Part shown: positions 54,006 to 63,917 of the stretch, one piece after another | How positions within the stretch are numbered: the first letter of the stretch is position 1 | How the letters are laid out: every line of letters begins with the position of its first letter | From: Octopus vulgaris | Taxonomy: Eukaryota | Direction: 5' to 3' | DNA: 63,917 nucleotides | NCBI GenBank assembly: GCA_951406725.2 | Contig: OX597816.1 | Span: 48,918,001-48,981,917 of the forward strand | Made by a program: the position numbers and the translations under genes | Notes under the pieces: generated by a model | What the model saw: only the letters and a program-made list of their open reading frames with translations | What the model was told of the DNA's origin: nothing | Databases searched by the model: none

Positions 54006-55210
54006 GTATTCCAAAAACTGTATACCCACTTTAAAAAACTGTAAATTAGGCGTTTATAAAAAAACATTTCATTTTCGAAATTTAATAGAATCTACAGACA
54101 TTTTATTGTTTTGTCAACGCCTGTTTTCAAACTGACGTCCGTTTTGGTCCAGGCACTACTGGCAACGCGAAGCAATGGAATCGCAAACACCACGCAACAA
54201 TTCGTTTGGTATTTGTGTGCATTCCCGTTCAATGGCTGCTCTCAAACCAGTGACTCTTGCAAGTTTCACAGCGTAGACTTCGTCTTTTAGGTATTCCCCA
54301 TAAAAAAAATGGTCTTGTGGTGTAAGGTCTGGTCAAGGCGGAGGGTATTCAACGAAACCTCCTTCGTCCAATCCACCTGTTTCGCAAGATCTCATCAAGG
54401 TAGGATCTAACATCGAGATGGTAGTGTTGGGGTGCTCCATCATGCTGAAAATAAAACTCCTCATCTTCAAAGTCTTCTCTAATTCTTCGCATGACAGACT
54501 GTTGCAGTAAGTTCAAGTAAACCATACCAGTCACAGTAGCGTAAAAAAAGAATGGTCCAATTAATCCTCTTGATAATAAGCTTCACCACACTGTAACTCC
54601 TCCTAAATTAACATGGTGTTCCACCGTAACATGCGGATTCTCAGGTCGCCTAGTAGGTGCAATCGTAAATCATTTAATTTGAATGTGGCCTCATCACTCC
54701 ACACAATCTTTGTTGGAAAGTGTGCATCTTCTACACATCGCACCAAGTACCACTCGCAATACTGCAGTCTTCGGTCTGGATCATCGTCATTAATAGCATG
54801 GACTAACTTTGGAACGTAACTTTTCCATTGACAACACTTCAAAATGCGTTGGACAGACAATTTTGAAATACCTCACGATCTGCATGTCCCACAGATATCT
54901 CTTTGAATTTGGTGATACGTTTCCAGCACTCCTTTTTGTTTTGAAGGGGTTGTTGATGTTTGTGGTCTTCTGGAACGCTTCTCGTTGTCTTCTGAGCAGT
55001 TCCATCGGTTTAAAACTTATCTCTAGTTCGAGCGACGGTGTGTCGCATTGGTGGATCTGTCTGAATCTCCCTCCTCAACTGTCTTTGCACTTCAACTGCA
55101 TTTTCACACTTCAAGTAGCATTTTAGAACGAATTTCCTTTGTTCAAAGCTTAGTCTGACTGCCATCATTAATTCCAATGGGTTTAATCTGGAAAGAAAAA
55201 ACATTAATTG
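54002..55210 (-). mobile_element. Tc1/mariner-superfamily transposase relic
   Basis: N-terminal [46 protein letters not shown]; terminal CAGGGTATTCC at 54002. Confidence 0.85.
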
Positions 55211-55298
55211 AGTTATCAGCTGCTATAGTGTGTATGCATTTTTGGGGACAATTTTTCTTGTGGATTTACATATGTTTTAAAATAATTTTTATAAGGTA

Positions 55299-55697
55299 CT
55301 AGCAGTATCGCCCGGCGTTGCTCGAGTTTGTCTCGACCCTTTAGAATTAGAATTTTTGAAAAGTAAAAATTTTGCATTATGTAGCTTGTTATTCTCTTTA
55401 AGTGAACATTTTTCTGGTTGAAATACACCGAAAAATGGCGACACAGAAGTAAAAAAATCGTAAAAAATAGGGATTTTCAGAGCAAAAACTCTCCACCTTT
55501 TTAATGTAAATAACTTTTGGTGTTAACATTGTCCGATTTGAATTTTCTCTTCTACGGAAGGAAGAGCAAGCCTTCTTCTATCATACTCTCGATTCTGGTC
55601 AATTTGCGCCGCAGGGTCTTGGAGGAGATCGTGTTAGTTGAAGGCTACCAAACCTGCGATACACAGACAACTTCAGCTTTTTGTATACAGATAGAGA
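55299..55697 (-). mobile_element. Non-autonomous Helitron
   Basis: Minus strand A|TC...hairpin GAGCAACGCCGGG..CTAG|T; paralog at 61301-61697. Confidence 0.8.
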
Positions 55698-56093
55698 TTT
55701 CTGTATTTTTCTCTTAGGTATTCCTTAGTTTAAATTAAAACAATTGAGTTTATTACGAGTTACCTCCCTTACATATTTCACCACGATATATGTATTTTAT
55801 GTGCAAATAAATTTATTTTTCAGCTTTTAGAGTTGTTATTATTTAGTTAACACACCGATCAACTAATCACGAAAAATGTAATCGAATTGCTTAATTTTAA
55901 AAGCACAAGGTGATTAGGATCAGGAATTAGATAGTCGATGTAACTTTTTTCCTTTTCTGGTTGTGAGGTAAGTCGTCTGCTTCTCAACTTCATGGTTCAG
56001 TGTCTTCCGTAGCCTCGGGCTGACTAAAACCTTGCAAGTTGATTTGGTAGACGGAAACCGAAAGAAAACCGTCGTATACAACCCCCCCCCATA

Positions 56094-56144
<51 letters not shown>

Positions 56145-56234
56145 GGTTAAAAATTAATTAATTAAGAATTAATCAATAATTTCACCAAGTAGAATTCGGC
56201 ATGAAAAAGGACCATTTCACGGTAAACTTAAGTA

Positions 56235-56477
56235 ATACTTTATAATTAGGGTTCAGCAAAGATTTGCTTTACCACATACCGAAGTTTAGAAATAGCAGCC
56301 AAAAACCTTAGCTATTTCTTCTACTTTAAAAAGGGACTCCCAGATTGTTTTCAAGTATTTTGGTTTTTCTGGTAGTCCCTATTTAAAGTGGAAGAAATAG
56401 CTAAGGTTTTTGGCTGCTATTTCTAAACTTCGGTATGTGGTTAAGCAAATCTTTGCTGAACCCTAATTATAAAGTAT
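56235..56477. repeat. Long hairpin, ~109-bp arms and ~25-nt loop
   Basis: ATACTTTATAATTAGGGTTCAGCAAAGATTTGC... mirrored to ...GCAAATCTTTGCTGAACCCTAATTATAAAGTAT. Confidence 0.92.
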
Positions 56478-56709
56478 GTATATATATTTGTGTGTGTGTG
56501 TGTTTGTTCCCCTACCACTACTGAACAACTACTTGGTGTGTTTATGTCCCCGTAAGGTAGCGGTTCGGCAAAAGAAACCGATAGAAAAAATACCAAGTTT
56601 TCCCAAAATAAATAAATAAATAAATAAATAGTTTTGCTGTCCATAAATTCGACTAAAACTTCTCCAAGGCGGTACCCCAACGTGGCTGCAATCAACTGAC
56701 AGAAAAAAG

Positions 56710-56780
<71 letters not shown>

Positions 56781-56838
56781 TACCAGTAAATAATTGGGTT
56801 TTTTTTAAAAGCCTTTATAGAAATTATTTACTCTTATC

Positions 56839-56894
<56 letters not shown>

Positions 56895-56900
<6 letters not shown>

Positions 56901-57155
56901 TAAATTAGAGATAAAACCACTATTAGGCAAATCAAACAATGAAAAACATAAGCCAATACATAAAATTAATTTATTTTATATTATTATAAATATATATCAA
57001 AAGTATTAAAACTTTAACTCTTTATCTTTTATTAAACTTTTAATACTTTTGATATATATTTAAAATAATATAAATTAAATTAATTTTATGTATTGGCTTA
57101 TGTTTTTCATTGTTTGATTTGCCTAATAGTAGTTTTATCTCTAATTTAATATAAT
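56895..57155. repeat. Long AT-rich near-palindrome; a related single arm lies at ~52760-53050
   Basis: AAATTAGAGATAAAACCACTATTAGGCAAATCAAACAATGAAAAACATAAGCC mirrored. Confidence 0.85.
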
Positions 57156-57240
57156 ATAATATAATATATTTATACTATAAAATTGAATTTAATCCTAAAT
57201 CTGATTTTTCCCTGTAAGTTTGGATTTATTCCCTAATATT

Positions 57241-57313
<73 letters not shown>

Positions 57314-57454
57314 AATAAAATCATAATTAACTGATCGTCCTGTATTTTTTTAAAAAACAAAGTCAGGAACTTTTCAGCACTTCCTCGTATATGCATGTGT
57401 GTGTGTGTGTGTTCATTTGTATGTGTGTATGTATGTAATGCTTCATAATGTATG

Positions 57455-57786
57455 AAGGCGCATGGCTCAGTGGTTAGAGCGTCGAGCTTACGATCGTGAG
57501 GTTGTGAGCTCGAATACCGGACCGGGCTGCGTGTTGTGTTCTTGAGCAAGGCACTTTATTTCACGTTGCTCCAGTTCACTCAGCTGTAGAAATGAGTTGC
57601 GACGTCACTGGTGCCAAGCTGTATCGACCTTTGTCTTTCCCTTGGATAACACTGGTGGCGTGGAGAGGGAGGCCGGTATGCATGGGCGACTGCTGGTCTT
57701 CCATAAACAACCTTGCCCGGACTTGAGGGTAACTTTCTAGGTGCAATCCCATGGTCATTCATGACCGAAGGGGGTCTTTACCCTTT
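57455..57786 (+). mobile_element. SINE family D
   Basis: Match to 47290; ATGTAATGCTT near both flanks. Confidence 0.85.
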
Positions 57787-57902
57787 ATGTAATGCTTGCA
57801 TTTGAAAATAAGGATGGAACTTTGGTGGTATAAAAGAGGAACATTATATTAGACACACCTCAATTTCACCCGCGCATATCCAGGAAATAATTTTATAGTA
57901 CC

Positions 57903-58128
57903 TTAACCCTTTAGCATTCAGATTACTTGGTCAAATGTAATGTTTATTTATTCACATTGTTTTCAGTTAATCATGCATTATCTTGTAGCTTTGAGTTTTC
58001 GGCGATGTGCTTGTATATCTTCAGAATGACACAGTAGAGTAGGTGTGAGAGGCCGGATTTGACTGTGATCTGCATAGAGCAAGTAAAATATTTGGGCCTG
58101 GTATTTCCAGTTTAAATGCTAAAGAGAT
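57903..58128. mobile_element. Small piggyBac-like MITE
   Basis: TTAA-CCCTTTAGCATT...AATGCTAAAG ends. Confidence 0.45.
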
Positions 58129-58689
58129 AGAGCAAGGGTTCCCAAGCACCGGGCTGCGAGCCCCCACCAGTCTGTACATCGTTTGGTACCGGGTTGCACA
58201 GAAAGAATAAATTTTAAAATCATACTTCTGTTTTATAGTCTATTGCTGTCTACAATGTAGTAATAGAAGGACTGAAGTGCATAATATACAATGTAATAAT
58301 TACATTTGTATGTAAAAATTAAATTATGTATAATGCACTTTATTCTGTTTTGCTCTTCCAAATCCGGCATGACACCGGTCCGTGCTGCAAAAATGCACGT
58401 TGGGGACCGCTACATTAAAACACAATATTGGCCCAACTTCGCACATAGGACCCAGAATGACATTTTGGGACATTTTTAGGAGGAAAAATGAGCATCTTGT
58501 GTGCTATCAAATACGGTAATACAATCAAAATACAATCAAAATATATACATCAAACACAAACGAAATATATTTATTTTACTTTACTTTTCTTTTTACGTTA
58601 CTACTTTCAGTCATTAGACTGCGGCCATGTTGGGCACCGCATTGAATAGTTTTTAGTCAAATGTATCGACCGCAGTAATTTAGATCAAA

Positions 58690-59802
58690 GGAAAGCATCG
58701 AGGCGATTTTCATGTTGGACACGTTGGTAGCCAGATCCGTTCTGCACGTAACAACAGGTGTTCGACATAAACCTACAAGTCAGCAATGCTCGAACACAGG
58801 ACAAGAGCGTGCAGAACATTTTCGTCACTCTGCGCGCACCCCGGCTGTTGGCACTTCCATGACTGTAGAGTTTATCCTGAACCGGCAATGCCTCATTGCA
58901 GGCCAGGGATTTCTGGGTCTCGGCTCGAAAGTCCTCCTGAACAGGCCAGCCAACTCATTCTTATCAACGCCCAGAGAATCTTCCTAAGAACGTCGCCGCA
59001 CTTGTCCGTCACCAAACCTCAATATAACGCCTGAGTGGAACTTCCACAGACGGCGTTGGTCGACTGACAGAGGACTGTGAGCGCTTGATGACATACTAGG
59101 CGCTAGGCACCTTGATTCGGTCTACACTTGATCCAGGGTTGCATCTCAGACAAAGAGACGAGTTGACGCAAATCCTGCCTGACAAACGACGACCACGTCT
59201 GCTCACCGTCTAGGAAACACTGTAGAAGTCGCAACCTCAGCGCATGTCTGTACATCAGCAGTCACGGCATGCCCAGCCCTTCATTCAGCGGGTGTTGACA
59301 GCAAATGGAGCGCTTAACAAATAGAACGCGCCCTTTATACAGAAAGTGAAAGAGTAGGCACAATATATGACGGAGGCGATGTATGCAGTCACCACCTATG
59401 CCCGACTTTTTAGGGATAGCTTTCTCTCGGCACATTTCTGGGTGAGATTGCTCGTCACCGCATCCCAGTTCTTGTCCATCTGGAGGTCTGGATCAAACCA
59501 GATCCCAAGCAATTTAACTTGTCTCTCCGTCCAGCGTCCCATGACATTGTTGGACAGCATGGACCTGCCACTTCAGTTGCTGAGTTGCAGGCCCACTCTC
59601 TCTTTACTCTTTTACTTGTTTCAGTCATTTGACTGCGGCCATGCTGGAGCACCGCCTTTAGTCGAGCTAATCGACCCCGGGACTTATTCTTTGTAAGCCC
59701 AGTACTTATTCTATCGGTCTCTTTTGCCGAATCGCTAAGTGACGGAGACATAAACACACCAGCATATGGTAGGGGGACAAACACAGACACACACACACAC
59801 AC

Positions 59803-59868
<66 letters not shown>

Positions 59869-60150
59869 TTTATTATTAAAGTTGCAAAGACTTCAAATAA
59901 TATCGTATACATATATACGACAGGCTTCTTTCAGTTTCCGTCTACCAAATCCACTCACAAGACATTGGTTGGCCCGGGGCTATAGCAGAAGACACTTGCC
60001 CAAGATGCCACGCAGTGGGACTGAACCCGGAACCATGTGGTTGCTTAGCAAGCTACTTACCACACAGCCACTCCTGCGCCACTGATTTTTCTTGGTCAAT
60101 TTTTGCTCCTGTCGCTGTCTCGTATTCTATCAGAGCAGTGCCGACCATGC
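58690..60150 (-). mobile_element. Tx1/L1-like fragment interrupted by a family B SINE (59600-60079)
   Basis: Paralogous to 41400-42300 and 37660-38710. Confidence 0.7.
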
Positions 60151-60296
60151 CTATGCATTAACAGTTATATCCATTTAAAATATTTTTCAGCAGTATATAC
60201 ACATATTAAATCATCTATAATATACATATATATACATTAAAATATACAGATGCTTGTACATAGCTATATACATATATAGGCATATACAGGTGAGAC

Positions 60297-60606
60297 ACCA
60301 AGGACGATGTACTGCAATAGATTGGGTTTCAAGGGCCTACAGCTGTTTAACTGTCTTCCGAAAAGCATCTGAGGAGCCTCCATGGAGTGGATGTAGACGT
60401 TTTCAAATGTGAACTTGACCTCTGGCTCGCCGAGATCCCAGATGAGCCAATATCTAAGCAACGAACTCAAAAAAGGGCAGTAGCATCGAACTCCATCCTT
60501 CACCAAAAGCCGCTCCGACAAAGGTGGAAAGTGGAAAGATGGTTACAATGGCGGTGCTCCAGCATGGCCACAGTCATTGGACTGAAACATAAAAAAGAAT
60601 AAAAGA
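60297..60606 (+). mobile_element. CR1-group LINE extreme 3' end including 3' tail
   Basis: GP.LFNCLP..VDVDVFKCELDLWLAEIPDEP..SNS; tail GGCGGTGCTCCAGCATGGCC. Confidence 0.7.
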
Positions 60607-60628
60607 ATATATACACAAATACACGTAT

Positions 60629-60990
60629 AGGCGCAGGAGTGGGTGTGTGGTAAGTAGCTTGCTAACCAACCACAGGGTTCCGGGTTCGGTCCCACTGCGT
60701 GGCATCTTGGGCAAGTGTCTTCTGCTATAGCCCCGAGCCGACCAATGCCTTGTGAGTGGATTTAAGCCTGTCGTATATATGTATGTGTGTGTTTGTGTGT
60801 CTGTGTTTGTCCCCCTAGCATTGCTTGACAACCGATGCTGGTGTGTTTACGTCCCCGTCACTTAGCGGTTCGGCAAAAGAGACCGATAGAAAAAGTACTG
60901 GGCTTACAAAGAATAAGTCCCGGGGTCGATTTGCTCGACTAAAGGCGGTGCTCCAGCATGGCCGCAGTCAAATGACTGAAACAAGTAAAA
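60629..60990 (+). mobile_element. SINE family B
   Basis: GGCGCAGGAGTGG head through A-rich tail. Confidence 0.88.
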
Positions 60991-61300
60991 AAAAAAAAAT
61001 ACATATATGTACGCACACATACACGGCAACATATCTCTTGGTTTATTACTTATACAGCTTAGTTGTTACCGACGAAAGAGATGGGAAGTACATTAAGCGT
61101 ATGTAGGAAGGAGAGAAAAAGTAAAAAAAAAACAAAAAGGAAAAAAGAAAAAGAAACTAAAACAGAAAAACTAGCGAGAAAAGAGAGAAAGAGATTGCTA
61201 CGTAAAAGACACCAACGAGTATCGAGGAGGAAAAAGAAAGGAGAGATACTTCACGAATTGTGCTCAACGAATGCACACATAAAATAAGATTACATATGTA

Positions 61301-61697
61301 CTGACAGTATCGCCCGGCATCGCTCGGGTTTGTTTCGACCCTTTAGAATTGGAAGTTTTGAAAAATAAAAAAAATTTGCATTATGTAGCTTGTTATTCTC
61401 TTTAAGGGAACATTTTTCTGTTTGAAATACACCGAAAAATGGCGACACAGCAGTCAAAAAATCGTAAAAAATAGGGATTTTCATAGCAAAAACCCCTTAC
61501 CATTTTAATGTAAATAATTTTTGGTGTTAACATTGTCCGATTTGAGTTTTTTCTTCTACGGAAGGAAGAGCAAGCCTTCTTCTATTATACTCTCAATTTT
61601 GGTCAACGTGTGCCGCAGGGTCTTGGAGGAGATAGTGTTAGTTGAAGGTTACCAAACCTGCCATACACACAGACAACTTCAGCTTTATATATAGAGA
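61301..61697 (-). mobile_element. Non-autonomous Helitron (paralog of 55299-55697)
   Basis: High similarity along the whole length; CTAG degenerate. Confidence 0.78.
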
Positions 61698-61978
61698 CAG
61701 ATATACACATAACTATAACATAAAACTTACGTGGAAAAGGATACGTGGCGTTCGATCATATAATAATATAAATAATATATAAATATATGCATATATACAT
61801 ACATATATGTACATACCTACATATATATGTATATATACATGCATATATGGGTACAGGACATCGAAAAAACGTTGAATATATTGAGAAATGGAAACATAAA
61901 TATAAAAACATGGAAACGAACGTTGTTTTTCGAACAACTGAAAAAAAAAAAAAAAAAAACACACAGAGAAACGAGACA

Positions 61979-62378
61979 TCTTTATATATATAAAAGTCAA
62001 GTTGTGTGTCTGTCCCCTACGATTTAGATTCCTAACTACTCCAACATTTTGCGGTGCAGTGTAACCAAAAGCGGGTATCTTATAGTCGTGATTCATATCG
62101 AGCCCTTTTGGGTATTAGCGCGCGTCTACGATGAGTCTACGATTTTAAAAATAATTTACCATCATTTGTTTCCATTTTAATGCATTTTTTCGCTATTATA
62201 TAAGGGAAGTAACTCTCTAAAAATGTCTACGATGAGTCAACGATTTAAAAAAAAATTTACCATCATATTTTTCCTATTTTTAATGCATCTTTTTGCTATT
62301 TTTTGGCTATAACTCTCTAAAAATGCTTATATAGTTATTTCCCTTACAAACCCGAGCAACGCCGGGCGATACTGCTAG
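61979..62378 (+). mobile_element. Non-autonomous Helitron inserted at an A|T site of a host repeat
   Basis: GAGACA|TC...CCCGAGCAACGCCGGG..CTAG|TACAAC; empty-site paralog at ~33245-33270. Confidence 0.88.
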
Positions 62379-62579
62379 TACAACATAAAGAATATTCCCC
62401 TTCTTCAGTTGTCCTTGTCTTCGAAAGGGGAATATTCTTTATGTTTCGTTTCTCTGTTTGTTTGTTATTTTCGAAAAAAGTTCGTTTCCATGTTTTTGTT
62501 TTTATGTTTTCGTTTCTCATTGTGTTCAACGTTTTTTTGATGTCCTGTACCCGTATATGCATGCATATATACATATATA

Positions 62580-62810
62580 TATTTCTTTACTACCCACAAG
62601 GGGCTAAACACAGAGGGGACCAACAAGGACAGACAAACGGATTAAGTCGATTACATCGATCCTAGTGCGTAACTGGTACTTAATTTATCGACCCCGAAAG
62701 GATGAAAGGCAAAGTCGACCTCGACGGAATTTGAACTCAGAACGTAACGGCAGACGAAATACGGCTACGCATTTCACCCGGCGTGCTAACGTTTCTGCCA
62801 GCTCGCCGCC
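62580..62810 (-). mobile_element. SINE family A, full length
   Basis: Complete head and body. Confidence 0.9.
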
Positions 62811-63041
62811 TTATATATACATATATATGTAGGTATGTACATATATATGTAGGTATGTATATATGCATATATTTATATATTATTTATATTATTATACATA
62901 ACTGTAGATGTGCATACAAATACACATATATTATTACGTATATAAATATACAAAAATTTGTGCGCAAATACATGCTCACAAATATAAGTATATACACGTA
63001 TACATATACATCCGATGTTGGGGGACAAACCCACATACAAG

Positions 63042-63102
<61 letters not shown>

Positions 63103-63429
63103 TCATATATACGACGGGTTTCTTCCAGTTTCCGTCTACCAAATTCACTCACAAGGCTTTGATCCGCCCGAAGCTATAGTAAAAGACACTAGCCCAAGAT
63201 GCCACGCAGTGGGACTGAACCCGGAACCATGTGGTTTGTAAGCAAGCTACTTACCACACAGCCATTCCTACGCCAAAAAACAAATATAGTGACACATCTA
63301 CATCATAACGTATACATACAAACAATATATGTATATACACCAAGGGATTTTGTGCGCGTGTATGTGTGCGTACATATATGTATATGTGTATTTGTGTATA
63401 TATTAATGTCTCACCTATATATTCTTTTA

Positions 63430-63623
63430 TTTCTTTTTCTTGTTTCAGTCATTTGACTGCGGCCATGCTGGAGCACCGCCTTTAGTCGAGCAAATCGACC
63501 CCGGGACTTATTCTTTGTAAGCCCAGTACATATTCTATCGGACTCTTTTTGCCGAACCGCTAAGTGACGGGGACGTAAACACACCACCATCGGTTGTCAA
63601 GCAGTGCTAGGGGGACAAACACA

Positions 63624-63671
<48 letters not shown>

Positions 63672-63819
63672 CACATATATACGACAGGCCACTCACGAGG
63701 CATTGGTTGGCCCGAGGCTATAGCAGAAGACACTTGCCCAAGATGCCACGCAGTGGGACTGAACCCGGAACCATGTGGTTGGTTAGCAAATTACTTACCA
63801 CACAGTCACTCCTGCGCCT
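63430..63819 (-). mobile_element. SINE family B
   Basis: Reverse complement of the 60629 copy. Confidence 0.88.
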
Positions 63820-63917
63820 ATATATATGTATATAACTATGTACAAGCATCTGTATATTGTGATGTATATATGTATATTATACATGGTTTAGTATCAGTAT
63901 ATGCTGCTGAAAAAATA

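Noticed and set aside
62383-62445. Hammerhead at CTGAAGAAG (minus strand)
   Set aside because: No properly placed GAAA or stems; only a short inverted repeat joining two repeat copies

Overview
AT-rich, microsatellite- and repeat-saturated eukaryotic DNA. The tRNA-derived SINE families and the TE mix resemble coleoid cephalopod (octopus-like) genomes; this is an inference from repeat recall, not a search. Host genes are few. (1) A small WSC-domain gene model (putative signal exon + WSC exon + short terminal exon) is present twice inside a near-identical ~4.0 kb head-to-tail tandem duplication (5764-13768). (2) A long open exon encodes a GT92/DUF23-family glycosyltransferase (~49033-50503). 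The rest is mobile DNA: a near full-length R4/Dong-like REL-endonuclease LINE plus fragments sitting in (TAA)n; Tx1/L1-like, RTE (with three C2H2 fingers), CR1 and Gypsy relics; a Tc1/mariner relic; a Merlin-like MITE with an 8-bp TSD; non-autonomous Helitrons; at least four SINE families; and many foldback palindromes. Most notable: two hammerhead-ribozyme-like motifs in Penelope-type repeats; a SINE that repeatedly forms concatemers through one identical junction in its tRNA-like hairpin loop; a GA (non-GT) donor after the WSC exon; a SINE head carrying three different tails; and a shared SINE/CR1 3' tail. TE boundaries are approximate unless a TSD or TIR is cited.
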